Positions 1-13,449 of a DNA stretch of 64,000 nt are shown piece after piece. The DNA is taken from contig NC_086108.1 of assembly GCF_963921235.1 (NCBI RefSeq), positions 52,082,001 to 52,146,000 of the forward strand, given 5' to 3'. Under the pieces are notes generated by a model that was not told the origin of the DNA, made no database searches, and was given only the letters and a program-made list of their open reading frames with translations. The DNA comes from Mobula hypostoma (Eukaryota). A program made the translations under genes and the position numbers. Within the stretch, counting starts at the first letter, position 1. Each line of letters begins with the position of its first letter.

Positions 1-337
1 GTATTTGAATTCTCAGCACCTTTTAAGAACATCTCAGTTCGGAAAATAAAATAGTCTCTATTTGCACATCTTGACAACTTGATTAGATAATGTTATTAAC
101 AATCATTAGCATAGAAATACCTTTGGTTAATTATAGTCTTGTCTACAGAAACTGACAGTGAATAGGTGAACAAATAGATATTTACCCAGTCAGAGGCAAA
201 CTGAAAAGGGAATACGCTAATGCCACAAACACAAGGGGGAACATTCAAAGATCTGGTCAAATAGGTGGACTTTCAGTGGTTGTTTAATGACAAAAGGGCA
301 TTTTGTAGGGATTTAGGAAGGAACTCTTGATTGGTTC

Positions 338-1017
338 GATCAGAATCACTGATTTTGTCACTGACGTTAATTGTGAAATGTGCTATGTTGTGGCAATAGT
401 ATAGTGCAGGAAAAACAAATTATTGTAAGTTAAAATATATATTAAGAAGTGCAAAAGAGGAATAGCAAAGTAGTGTTTATGGGTCATGTACAGTTGAGAA
501 ACCTGATGGTGGAGGGGAAGAAGCTGTTCCTAAAATGTTGAGTGTAGGTGTTCGAACTCCCGTACCTCCTCCCTGATGGTAGTAGTGAGAAGCGGGCATG
601 TCCCAGATGGTGAGGGTCCTTACTGAGTGATCCTGCCTTGAGGAACCGCCCTTTGAAGATGTCCTTGATGTTGGGGAGGGTTGTGCCCATGATGGAGTTG
701 ATTGAGTCTGCAATCCTATGAAGCCTCTTACAACCCTGTGCTTTGGTGCCTCCCTACCAGGCGGTGATGAAACCAGTCAGAATGCTCTCCGCCGTCTATC
801 TGTACATCTAGAAATTTGCTAGAGTCTTTGGTGACATACCAAATCTCCTCAAGCTACTAATGAAGTAAAGCCACTGGTGTGCCTTCATTGTGATACATCA
901 ATATGATGTGCCTGAAGTGTTTACACCCAGGAATTTGAAATTGCTCGTCCTTTCCACTGCTGACCCCTCAGTGAGGATTGGTGCGTGTTCTTCCGATTTT
1001 CCCCTTCCTGAAGTCTG
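338..1017 (-). mobile_element. Rex1/Babar-type LINE, 3' fragment, degenerate
   Basis: Minus-strand remnant LLPSGRRYGS...FRNSFFPSTIRFLN is the typical Rex1/Babar ORF C-terminus; similar to copies near 22.5k, 32k, 35k and 54.5k. Confidence 0.85.
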
Positions 1018-2879
1018 TATTTACCAAATGAGCCAATTCATGGAGGATTGAAGATATCTTTTAAAAGCTGCAGAAATAATGTGTAATAAGAGAGGGTCAA
1101 CAACAGAGACCTGTAACTACTCAAAAAGCATTTTGTCGATCGTCATTAACAAAGTAAAGAAAGCTCTTAATGTGTAAATTTTCAGAAGCATCGTAACTAC
1201 AAGTAAGGGAGAGGTTTAAGGAGTAAATTCCAAGTTCATGTTCTATATATTTTAAGTCATAAAGGATGAAAAGAATTAAGCAGTGAAAACATCAGACTTA
1301 TTCTTCCTTATTTACAGTGTAGCATAGGGAATCTTATTTTTCTGAATGTATTAGACAGAGGCTTATTATAAATATGATGCTTTTCATGGTTATGAGAGAT
1401 TTTTAAACCTAGAATCAATTTTTATGTTGAGTTCAACTATTTCCCAATTTTTAAGTGGTCTGGTGACCAGATTTTCAGCTTATTAGTTTACTGCTGTTGG
1501 TGTAATCATTTATCAGCTAGCTAGTTAACTTTCATGTTTCATATAAGTGGGCAAACATGTAATCACTTGCTAAGATGCAGATTGTACCAAATTCATTACA
1601 ATCTGTGGAAATTTCAGAGGCATTTTGATGTCATTGAGTAGGTGAGCAGTTAAAATGGGCTGCACTAATTAATGTCTGTGGCTACTAACTGTAGGTCTCA
1701 TCATGATTGATTTTAGTCTACTGTAAAAGACTCCCTAGCCTACTGTAAAACCACCCAACTAAAACCAGCAGGATATAACTAGCATGTTCAAATTAGGGAT
1801 TCAATCCATTGCTGTCAATATTTTAACATCCATGAGCAGGCTGAAGCATCTGTGGAAGAGAACCTGATAAAGAGAACCTGGTAAATTATTTGCTTTTCTT
1901 ATAAGGGTAGAACTCTATTCTGCTTTCTGCTTTTCCTGCTATACAATTTCCTGCAAAAAAAATCATTTTTGAGACCCCTCTCTCATACTTCCCCCATCCC
2001 ATTTCTGCCACTGCCTGTCTAGACTGGGCAGAAAGCGTAAAAAGAAGCAAAGTATTGTTTCACATTAAACAAGGAAAGGGTTAACAATAGGGCAATATAT
2101 TAAGTGATGAGGATGGAGGGTAAGGTGTGTTGAAGGAAAGCTACAATATTTACACTGTCTTGTAAATCCACTGTTATATTAGGAGTCATAAAATTGTCAC
2201 AACTGGTTTTGATATATTGTTTTAATTTGTCATTTCATCTATTTATGTTGTAAGCAAACAATTCATATTTTGTTAGAAATATTTCAAATGAAGGTAAAAG
2301 TCCATTACAATTTATTTTTTAAAATTGTGCCCTGAATGCTGTGAAACCAAGTTGGTGCATTTTTATGAGGTATGCGACAAACACTTTGTCCATCTTCCTC
2401 ACCATTACTTTTAGAGGAAAGTGAATGAGTTCTAGGATGGATGTGAACACATGTGATGTATAGGCATGCTTGGGTAGCTAGGTCAGTGAGTGTTTGAACT
2501 ATATTTGCCCCATATTTACACACTAACACAATGTTTTGATGAGGAGTTAAACCAAGGTTCTACTTGTATTCTGGATGCCTGCAAGTAAAGGAAGCAAACA
2601 TAAACAGTTTATTGCAGCATGATACCTCTGTTATCTTCTTATACTTACAGGCTGAATGCCTTCCTTCTATGTAATTATGAGGTTCATGTCTGCTCCAAGG
2701 GCAGCAATCCCATGAGGCCAAATTCACCTTTTCCCTATTGCCCTGTCGCCTTGCAACTTATTTCTTTCACACATACCAATCAACTCTCTCTTGATTCTTT
2801 TTGCTATTAACCTACACTGAGTGATAATTTGAAATAGCCAATCTTGAAGAGATTGGGATATGGGAATATGCAATGTGGG

Positions 2880-3092
2880 AAGAACTCCCCCAATTACCTA
2901 CCTTCCCCGTTGCCTAACTTCGCCTTTCACCTTCTAGCTTGTACTCTTTACCATCCCCCCACCTTCTTATTCTGGCTTCTTCCCACTTCCTTTCTAGTCC
3001 TGATAAAGGGTCTCAGCCTGAAGCGTAGACACTTTATTCCTTTCCATGGATGCTGCTTGACCTGCTGAGTTCCTCCAGCATTTTACGCGTGG
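2880..3092 (+). mobile_element. Penelope-like element 3' end remnant with decayed hammerhead motif
   Basis: tagtcCTGATAAagggtctcagcctGAAGCGTA...gatgctgcttgacctgctgagttcctccagcatttt matches the 3' end of the 55777-58219 element. Confidence 0.75.
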
Positions 3093-3289
3093 CACTTCTG
3101 CATTAACTTCTCTCTTGATGTGCAATCACTGTTACCATAAGAGCAGACATGCAAGCCAAATTCATATATAATTATATCATGGTCCCACATTATTCCCAAG
3201 GACCATTTAAGCTAAGATATATACAGTGGGTGATTGAACCCCAGAAAGCATTGTGGAACCATCGTACATGTTCAAAATCCCAGATGCCA

Positions 3290-3850
3290 GTAGTGCAGGT
3301 GGATAAGGTAGTTAGGATACTAAAAGGAATACCTGCCTTCATTTGCTGTGGTGTAGAATGTAATAGTAACTGTGATGCAACTATATAAAGCTTATATAGT
3401 AGGGCATAGTTGGAATACTGCATGCAGTTTGATTGCCACAGTACAAGAAGAATGTGATTGCACCTGGTGTAAAGGATATTCACTAGAATGGTAACCAGGG
3501 TAGAGCATTTCAGCTATGAGGAAAGACTTGGTAGGCTGGATTTGCTTTCCCTGGAATAGCAACCCGATTGAGGGATACAGAATTAAGAGGGGAGTAGATA
3601 GGGTAAATAGAGAGTGTCATGACCAGAAGATATAGGTTTAATGGGTAGGAGACTTAGAAGGGGTTTGAGAGAAAATTTATTTTTCACCCAGAAGGCGGTT
3701 GAAATATTTAAGAAGTATTTAGATGAGCATTAGAAAACACTATGGTCTAGAAGGCTTCGAGCCAAGAGCAGGAAAGTGGATTAGTATAAGTACTTGAAGA
3801 CTGGCACAGCTGTGGTGGGCCGATGGCAGATTTTTGTGCCTCTATGACAG
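3290..3850 (+). mobile_element. CR1 LINE 3' fragment, old
   Basis: Similar to the 3' part of the CR1 at 14839-16025 (gtgcaggtggataaggtagtt..., ending gtgggccgatggc). Confidence 0.75.
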
Positions 3851-5049
3851 TCTGCTAATGCTGTGGTAGGTTGAGTATATTTGGAGGCCAGCACCTCGGT
3901 GCAAGTAATATGCATGCATCTTTTGAGAAAATTGACTGGATGGAATAAAAATAGTGTATCCTACACAAGTTCTTTTCTCTTACTAGTCTTTAACCTCTTT
4001 CCACATCCTCATCTCCCAACTCTATATTTTCTTTCTGCCCTGCCAGTGCCCCTCTTTATCTTCATCAAGCACGGAGAGGCATTTAGGTTACATGAGCAGT
4101 GTGACACCATTACCAGTAATTTTTAAAGTGCCCAGGTAGTCACTCAGGCAAAGGGTTCTCAAGTCACCATCTTCCTCTTCTTTGGGCAGATTTCTGGGTG
4201 GTGCATATGCAGCATGCTCAAATTATGATTAATTAGAAGTAACTGTCTAAAATTGTAGTTTATTTTGGATAGACTGCTGTTTAAAACTCTCTTCAAAATT
4301 ACAAAGGAATCTTGTAAACATATGAAAAAATAAGATTTGAAGGGAGAATCATGTTGATTATCAGCTGGATTCATGCTTGAGTATTACTCTGATCCAACAG
4401 CCAAGCTGGGAAAAATCAGGTTGGCAAATTTGTATGTCAGCTGTGTTTCTGGAGGTTTTGGTTAGAATAGAAAGGCTATTTTGAGACATAATTTTTACTT
4501 GCATTTGAACATTGCACTCTTGTGACAAAAAGAGGGCAAATTGTATTCTTAATCCACTGCTGCAGTCACCTAAAGCTTGAGTTCTGCATTTTACATAACA
4601 TATCTTTAAATCAGTCCTGCAGTTCAGTCAGCAGATCACTCCTTAATTTAGTACTGAGTTGTACTCAGAACAGCTCTAAATCTGATTACCAGTTTTTGCT
4701 GAGTTTACTGATCTATGATAGGACTCAGTGTCCTGAATTTGGGAGGAACAAAAATCCTTGTGAGACATCAATTCTCAGTAAAAAAAAACTGTTGACAAAA
4801 AGATAAAAATGCCAGGTTAGAGCAACATTGATCATTGACATTATGCCTTCCACTGTAAGATAGCCTATCAACGTTTTTATGTCTGGATTAATCAATATGC
4901 GTGACAGTTCTTGTGTTTTACTTATAATAACATGGAGCTGGGAGCTAATCAACCTAGTAAATCCATGCAGCTTTACCTTTCTTAATTACCTGTCACTTAC
5001 TTTCTCTCACACACATCCATTTTTGATTTTATTAAAGGTTCCCCTTTGA

Positions 5050-5240
5050 TTTTATTTTTGCCATTAACCTATAATCAAGAGATAACCTGTAGTTTTCACT
5101 TAAACTGCATAATGCATGGTTTGGAGTGTGGGAACAAATTAGAGCACTCTGAGGAGACCCATACAGTTACAGAGAGAAGACACAAACTGCATAGACAGTA
5201 CCTGAGGTCTCCAGTGATGACCTTAGTAGGGCGCTAAACA
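5050..5240 (-). mobile_element. Degenerate V-SINE-like fragment
   Basis: ttggagtgtgggaacaaattagagcactctgaggagacccatacagttacagagagaagacacaaact resembles the 39778-40094 copy. Confidence 0.55.
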
Positions 5241-6569
5241 TGGCAAGCTTCAATAAAATCGAATTTCTGTTTAAGGCTGTGATTTTCAAACTGAGATGGA
5301 AAAGAGAAGAGAAAAAGTCTAGGTAGCTAGAGCTCTACATTATAAAAGGGGCTAACATCAAAGGAATATCATTAGGCATGAGGTATTCCCTCTTCCACAG
5401 AGTATTCCCTGTTGCACACTCCCTAGGTGGATGGTAAATATGACAAATGTGGTAACAGATCTATTACTGACCTGCCACAAAATCTGCTTCAAGTATTTGA
5501 GAGCTACCAGCCAATGGGAGTGTTCTGCATCTTATTTATCCCAGGTTGGGTTTATTCTTAGAGTTGTTGCTGAGGAGACAACAAATCTAAATATAGAAGC
5601 TATTGCTAACGTCAAATCCTGCAACCTATGATGGTTTAATTGTAAAATGTAACTGAATGCTAGTCACTCTTTAGAAAGAATTAAAAAGGAGGGTATTAAT
5701 AAATTCAGGGGTTACATAGGAGCATTCATTGAATTTAGAGTCTACCTCTACCTTTTAAATGCAAAACTGAATTATCCAGTAATCTGATTTTGCCGCTGGA
5801 ATTATAACAGCAACATTAAAAATTTTTAAACAGAAAGTACAGATACCAGAATTGAAAGTAATTGACTTTGAAGAGCAATGCATTTATTTTATATTCTGCA
5901 TTTAAATGATATTGAACATTACCCTCCCTTATTTCTACTTACTTGATAGAGAGTTAACATGCGGCATGCTGTCCTAATCTGAAAAGCAGTTGGAACCGGA
6001 GAGTGGTGGTTTACACTACCCAGTGTCTTTATTGGGCAGTAGCCAGTGGTTTGAATGTCAAAGGCATAAAGCTTTCCCACATGGTTAGTGTTAAATATAC
6101 TGTTTATCTTGATTAAAAAATGTTCTAATTAACAAATAAATTCAATTTGTGGTTTCCCTAAAAAGCCATTGAGTCCAGTGAGTGTCCATGTGGGTGGTGA
6201 ATGAATAAAGTGATTGAAACAGGGATGGCAAGGACAATTTTCAGTGGGTTTGCAAAAGATCTTTTAATCTTCCACATCAGTCAAAGTATAAAGGATTTGC
6301 GTTGAGTAATATCAGGCACCTAAAATTCCTGAAAGCTGATTTCTGCAGAAAACCCATTGGCCTATGACATGAGAATGTCTGTTTTGGGAGAGGTGTGATC
6401 CTTGTGCACCTGGAAAGGAAAGTGACAGTTGAAAGTACTGCCAAACCGCTTACACTAACCTGAAAAATATTTGGTTTATCTTCCGTAAATGCTATCACTG
6501 GGTGTCAGTTCTGCAGTAATATTTTCAGAGTTCAACAAACTATAAATCTTACACACCCCCCTCCGCCCT

Positions 6570-8060
6570 AGTCTCTACATCTGCTCTTTATCCTTCATCA
6601 GCTCCAACAGGATCCCACCACCAGCCATGTCTTTCCCACTTCCCTTCCCTTCTGTATTCCCCAGGAACTATGCTCACTGTGATTCCCTAGTCTGCCCCTT
6701 CCATCCCACTCACCTCTCCCTGTCCTTTTGTACTGTCCTCTTCAAACATAGAGAAGATGCTACACTTGTTCCAAATCCTCCCACCCTACCATCGAGGGAC
6801 CTCAGCAGCTCTTGAAGGTGAGGTAGAGATTCACATGCACTTCCTCCAATCAGATCATCCTCAGGTGAGCCATCTGCTGCATTCAATGCTTGTATTGTGG
6901 CCTCCTTTACCAAGTGAGACGATGTGTAGAATAAATAGCCGTTTGGCAGAGCACCTATATTCTGCCTTTAGTGGCTACCTTGAGCTTTCATTTGCAGGTC
7001 ATTTCAACTCCCCTTTCCATGCAAACCTGTCTGTTCTTGGCCTACTCTACTGCCAGTGTAAGGTCAAATACTAACCAGAAGAACAGCAGCTCATATTCTA
7101 CTTAGATAACCTAAAGCTCAAATACATGAACAGCCAGTTTTAGAATATCAGGTAATCCAATTCCCATTCCCACTAGTGCTTCCAGGCTCTTTATCAACCC
7201 TTTCCATCATGCCCCACCCCTTGTTACCTTGGCTCATCATTCTCCTCCACCCACTGTTCCATCTGCCCATTATCCCACCTACACCTTTCTCTCTACTGCT
7301 TGTAATGCCACTGGTGTTTAGGGCAGCGTTGAAGGTCTTCCATCTCTGGTGATGTTCAGGGCTTCCTTCATCATGCCATTAGCTCGGATTTCACTATTGT
7401 CAGTCATGCAAGTTCTGTGCGGAGACTCAGGAGTACCATCACACACAGATGTAGAGGGATTCTCCATTGCTGTTTCCACAACAATTTTGTTTTACCAGTC
7501 AGGGTTGTTGGCCTTGAGTTGAACCCCTGAACCTGGAGGACCAGCCTCTACCCTTTGACCTGTTTGGCATGGGTGACGCTACCAAGAGCCAGAGCACAAA
7601 GCCCTGACTCCAGCCAACATAGCTCTCCAGGTCATTGAGGCACACAAGTTCCAAACCACAACAAGGTTGTAGTGGTCTTGGATGACCTATCACCTATGGT
7701 TCCACCTATCACCTTCCAGCCTCTGTCTTTACCCTTCCCCCTCTCCTATCCCCCCCGCCTCCAACCCGGGCTTCACCTACCTACTTTTTTCTTATGTTTT
7801 TATCAATCACACAATGGTATCTATCTCAACACTTTCCTGCACCCCCACACGCCCACCTGGCTCATCTGCACATCATCCCTGCCTCACCTGGTACCACCTA
7901 TCACCTTCCAGCCTCTCTCACCTTCACACTTCTGTATACTGGCTATCTTCATTCTACACACTCATTCCTGATAAAAAGTCTTGACCTGAAATGCCAACCA
8001 TCCCTTTGCCTCCACAGATACTGTTTGACCTGCTAAGTTCTTTCAGCAATTTGTCTTTTA
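6570..8060 (+). mobile_element. Degenerate Neptune-like Penelope element (GIY-YIG region and 3' end), interrupted by an RTE-related insertion
   Basis: Remnant RLAEHLYS...AGHFNSP...LSVLGLLYCQ (ORF 6757-7074) is homologous to the GIY-YIG end of the 55.8-58.2k element; pyrimidine-rich 3' end at 7680-8060. Confidence 0.75.
7295..7675. mobile_element. RTE-related non-autonomous element
   Basis: aacccctgaacctggaggaccag and ccctttgacctgtttggcatgggtg motifs recalled from RTE 5' UTR-derived elements; splits the Penelope remnant. Confidence 0.55.
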
Positions 8061-9794
8061 CTATCATATTGGAAGTTACAATTTGCCAAACTCAACATCA
8101 TCTTTATTTAATTTCAGTGTAAATTTCCCTGACTATTGATAAAGTTTCCAGTTGTTGAGATGGAAGGCTTGTTTCAGTTCCCAACTTTCACTGATGTTTG
8201 AACACTTGATGCCACCCCTCCCCCCACCACCCACCCACTCCTCCAGCACCACAACTTAATTCAAAAGGGCTGGATGTAAAGATAAGGGTGATGAAAATGC
8301 TCTAGTCATACTCAGATATGCTTTCTTTGATCAGCACATTATGTAGCTTAATGTTTAAAGCAACAATGAACAAATGAGACAAAGAATTTAACTTCAAAAG
8401 AGCACTTAGAAAATGCATTGTGTGTAAGCCCTAACACATGGAGGGGAAAGCAAGGATAAAATTGATGGAACACACAGGCCATCCCTAGATTAAGAATGCT
8501 TGGCCTATAGACAACCCTAATGTAAGAACACTCTCGCATAGTATTTTTAAATTTTAAAATCCTACATATAATACTGTATATACATAGATTTGTTCCTGCA
8601 AATCGCAGAACTATTTTACTCTTTCTTATCTCCATTCTTTCTTATCAGTTTTATATGCTTATGATGCTATTCATTACAATACTAAGGAGTTTTCTGTATA
8701 TTTTGACATGGACAAAATCAACTTAATGTACCTCTGTAAAAACAGAACCTTTCATTACCTGAGGATAGCCTGTATTTGAAATTTCTAAGGATTTCTCCCA
8801 ATTGTCCGCTCTAACACTAGGAAAACATCAAGGAGAGCTATAACCAATTTCTTCAAACTTGAATCTTGCACCAAAATTAAAGTCAGGAGACCCAAAAGAC
8901 CCCAAAACACTAAAACTTGGATATTCTATGATGTTGCCTTTCAAGTGTGATTAAACCAAAGTGTTGTCTGCCCTCTTGGATCCTTTAGTATTATTTGAAG
9001 AATCGTGTGGGGGTTTATCCAAAGATTGAATCACAACATTTGCTGCATAGAAGAAGACTCTAAGACCTGCTGTGCTTGTGTCTTGTTAAAACAGATGTAC
9101 AATTTACGGCCATACCTCAGGTTTTACCCTAAATCTGCAAGTTTTTCTTTGCATTTCTAAGTATATTTCTTAAGGGTTTTATTGTATCTAACTTTTTTAT
9201 TTGTTCAAGGAGTGTGTTCAGATGTTGACAATTCCAGTGTGAAGAAATTTTATCTCCGGTTCTTGAGTCAATTATTTTAAACTTTCAGCTTTGGACAACC
9301 CCAGTGAACGAATGTGTTTCTCACTACATCATATATCTTTATTTGCTTCGTAACTTTCTGTGCTTCAATGAGAACAATCCATATTTCCACAAACTATAAA
9401 ACATCTGTGCACAACCTGAAATCTTTCTTTTTCATTAAGGAATTCAATCAAGCATGATTTGCTTCCAATCACTTTGTTTTGATTCCAATTAACATGTGCT
9501 TCTCCAAGTCAGAATTAATTTTGTCTTGGAAATATAATCGGTCACAGTTTTCTCACCAAGGTTTATCCCTTAAACAACATGACCAATGATAAATAACCTT
9601 GGGATTCATCACTGCTTTTTTGGGACAAATTGACTGCCAAATTTTCAAAATTATTACAATGTTAATATGTTGAAAGTACATACATGATTGTGAAGCACTT
9701 TGGGACACCTTGAGATCATAAAAGATGTAAGATAAATGTGAATCCTTTTGTCTTTCTTCAATTACCAAAGCTCATCAAATCATTTACTTTTCAG

Positions 9795-9871
9795 AACATC
9801 GAGCTGAAAGTTGAAGTGGAGAGCCTGAAACGAGAATTGAACGTAAAAGCAGGGCAACTTGAGAAAGCCAC
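9795..9871 (+). CDS. PDE4DIP: PDE4DIP/myomegalin internal coding exon (end of CM1 region): NIELKVEVESLKRELNVKAGQLEKA(T)
   Basis: Acceptor tttacttttcag|AAC and donor AC|gtaagt; 77 nt, phase 0 to 2. NIELKVEVESLKREL is the recalled conserved PDE4DIP/CDK5RAP2 motif; splices in frame to the exon at 49136. Confidence 0.95.
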
Positions 9872-10873
9872 GTAAGTCACAAATATTGTTTGCACATGAT
9901 TCATTATGCGTGTCATAAAGTATGCCGTTACTGAAGAGTAATTCTATCATGATGTCCTTTAGGGTTATATTTGTTTGGAACTGGCTAGCTGCTCCGTATG
10001 AAAGACTGGAGGAACAAATTGCAATATTGTTTTCTTTGTTAATAAAAATCCTCCATAGTATACAAATTAAATACTATTATTGATATGAATAATGAACCTA
10101 CAGTATGTTACCATGCACCAAGTAACCATCTAAATCTGTCCTTCAGAGTCCGTGTGCCCAGAAATTCTAGTGTGCCTCATCAGGTGTATTAGGTTGTTGA
10201 AGCAGGGCACACCAGTAACTCACCATCATGTGGTTGAAAACATCCATATACTCTGAGGCCACTGTACAGGCATTATTCCTTTTTACCATTCACCTAGAGG
10301 TGATGGTGGAGAGGAACGTGCAGTCACATTACTAATCTATTGACTGGCAGGGGGAAGAGAAGGATGATTATTGTGTTTTTAGTGGAGTTCATGGACTCTA
10401 TGTAAATTATGAAGACTGGGGTGAATCAGAAGGTGTGCATTTGAAGCTGAAGTTGGATTTGTGGATGGGGAAGAGGTTTGAAGTTCACAAGTGGGAAGGT
10501 TAGTGCCGAGTGATTAGTGGGTGGGTAGAGGATCTCGGCATACAGCAATTGTCTTTGAGTTGCCTTCTTGAAAGGGCCAGCAATATATTTCCGGATTAGA
10601 TAGTGTGCAAGTTGACGAGAACCAGCAGTTATTGGTGTTTCCGAGCACCCACTGCCCCTTTCCTACTTAGGAATAATGGCCATGGGGTTGGGAGAGACAG
10701 TCAGAGTTGCCTGGGCAAATAACTACAGTAAATTTTATAGATGATGCATACTGCAGCCATTGTATGCCAACAAAAAAGGGATATTAGGACTGGTTCACTA
10801 ATTAAAATAGTTGCTTTATCCAGTTTCTGTCATTGTTGAATCTGCACTCATCCAGACTAGTGGAGAGTAATTC

Positions 10874-11519
10874 TTTCTTTCTTAATCTTTTTTATTAAGT
10901 TTTGAATTGATAAACATAACAATGATAATGATACAAAGAGATCGGGATTGCATTAATAAAGGTTAATGTATACAGACACAAACTCTAGGTAACATATGTA
11001 ATTTAAGCCTCCCAATCTCTTAATAACTGAACATGAAAAGGATTCAAAAAATTTTATACAAAGAAAAAGACCCTCTGCACTTAAAAAAAAGCAAAAAAAA
11101 ACAAAGGCTGGGCTGCCATGTTTCATCGGTTAAAATCATTATTTGTCATTAACTCCGCTCCTCTGTACACAAACAAAAAGTTATTGAAAACGATTCAGAA
11201 AAGGTCAGCTTACATCTTATGAAAATGTTGAATAAGTGGCCTCCAAGTTTCTTCAAATTTAACCGAAGGTTTGATACCACTCCTAATTTTTTCCAAGTTT
11301 AAACATGTTATAGTTTGGGAAAACCATTGAAATGTAGTAAGGGGATTGGAAAGACATTTTTGATATTATTTCCATAGTTCTGCGTATTGATTTACAACCT
11401 CATCCTATTACTGCAATTTTTGGATTACCAGTGATAGATTCTTGTCATTTATCCCTTTCAGCTTGCCGTTTGATTGCATTTGTTACATTAATAGCAAGAA
11501 GATCCATTTTATTTAAATA
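10874..11519 (-). mobile_element. 5'-truncated L1-clade LINE with inverted 5' segment; TSD GAGAGTAATTC
   Basis: Minus part encodes ...PLTTFQWFSQTITCLNLEKIRS then a 3' UTR and A-rich tail; plus part (about 11352-11519) encodes FDIISIVL...IAFVTLIARRSILFK. TSD at 10863-10873 and 11520-11530. Confidence 0.88.
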
Positions 11520-12002
11520 GAGAGTAATTCATCCCATTCCTGATTTGTTCTCTGTAGACATTTGAATGTCTTTCAACAGTGATATAATGTAAATATGGGA
11601 GTAATTACATGGAATCTACGTTTGGATCTTCCATATAAAATCACAATGTCTGAGGGAGTACCAAAAATGTCTTTTTGCACAATACTTAAAAGAAGCATTC
11701 AACTTGATCTACATCTGATGTGGTAACTACGAGTTGTGCAAGTGCAGCCCATGGTACTTACAACTCCTGGAGTGATAAGTAATGAATGAAGCAGAAAAGA
11801 TGGTTGTCAAGTTTCTCTCTGTGGTGAATATATTTTCAGTCATGGGCACACCAGTAAACAAACTAATATATTTTCTCAGCGATAGAAAACCATATAAAGA
11901 TTGTGAGGTTTCTGAAGTACCACAGAAATAGTTTCATTGCACTTTATAATTGCCTTTTCTCTATTTCTCTGAAAGTACCAAAAAAGTTATCGTGGTTCCA
12001 GG

Positions 12003-12385
12003 TCATCCTTCCAATGAACTATAGCAGGTTACATGCCTTCTTTGTAATTGCGTCAACATGTTGGGCCTGAGAAAGATCTTCAAAGATGTTGACACCCAAG
12101 AACTTGAAACTGTTCTCCCTTTCCACTGGTGAACCCTCGATGAGTACTGGTGTGTGTTCCTTTGACTTCCCTTCTTGAAGTCCACAGTCAATTCTTCGGT
12201 CTTACTAATGTTAAGTGCGAAGTTGTTGTTGTGACACCACTCAACCAACTGATCTGTGTCACTGCGATACGTTTTCTTGTTACCATGTGCGATTCTGCCA
12301 ACAACAGTTGTGTCACTTGCAGATTTATAGATGTTGTTTGAGCTGTGCCTAGCCACACAGTTATGGTTGTAGAGAGAGTAGTAAC
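12003..12385 (-). mobile_element. Rex1/Babar LINE RT fragment
   Basis: Decayed K(F)ADDTTVVG motif (YKSASDTTVVGRI) followed by LVEWCHNNNFALNISKTEELTVDF. Confidence 0.85.
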
Positions 12386-12389
12386 CAGT

Positions 12390-13400
12390 GAGGGGAAGGG
12401 ATGGGCCAAAAGCTGGTAAACAATAGGCAGATCCAGGTGTGGAGCAGTTGATTGGACGATGGAGGCAAGCAACCGAGGCTGGACATGGTGGAATCTGGTT
12501 GAAAGTGAGAGAGGAACGTGAATTTAAAAAATGGAGGTTGGGTGGGCAAATGGTACCAGTGGGGAAGGGCACCCAGAGTGAAGGACTGTGTGGGTGATTG
12601 TCAGATGGAATAAGAAGAGGATGGGAAAGAAACTGGGTGATAGGGGAGCTGCGGAGGGTGGATTTGGAAAGAAGAATATATGTGACAGGGCATGGTTAGA
12701 TGAGACGATCAGAGCGGAATGTGAGCTGCTGTTGCTTTAGTTTGCATTTGACCTCAACCTAGCAGTGAAGGAGGCCAAGGATAGACAGGCTGGTGTGGGA
12801 GTTGGGTGGGGAATTAAAATAGGTTGCAACCAGAAGCTCCAGATGGACATGGAGAACAACAAGTGTTTGGCATTGCGGTTGCCTCATCTGTGCGTGGTCT
12901 TACTGATAGAAGAGGGTGCCACATTGAAAGTAGACAAGGTTGAAGGAGGTACATGTGAATACCAACCTCAACTGGGCTGTTTAGGTCCTTGGATGGTGGT
13001 GAAGGAGGAGGTACAAAGACAAATATCACACCTCCCATGGTTGTAGGGGGAAGTGTCTGGGGAGGGGGAGAGCTGAGTGAACTAAGGACTCATACAGACC
13101 GTAGTCCCTATGAAAGCAGTCAGGGGTGGGTGGGGAAATACATGCTGTGATCGGATCATGTTTTAGCTGGTGGAAATATCACAGAATGATTTGCTGGATG
13201 TGGAGGCTGGTAGAGTGAAAAGTAAGGACCAAGAGAACTCTGTCCCTGTTCTGTCTGAGAGAAGGTGGGGTGAGAGCAGGTATGGAAATGGAAGAGATGT
13301 AGGGAAAAGCTCCTTTGACCACAGTGAGGAGAAGGACATTTCCTGAAAAAGGAATGGAATGGAAGTCCTCATCTTGATAACAGATACAGAGGAGATGAGA
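12390..13400 (-). mobile_element. Degenerate Neptune-like Penelope fragment
   Basis: RQNRDRVLLVLTFHSTSLHIQQIIL remnant; collinear with 56100-57000. Confidence 0.8.
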
Positions 13401-13449
13401 AAGGAGGGTGAGTGGAGATTCACTCAGAATAGCTGTTGCAGTCTGTGAG

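Noticed and set aside
1..9794. Upstream CM1 exon (LKKENFSLKLRIYFLEE)
   Set aside because: Not found by eye; it presumably lies upstream of the window.
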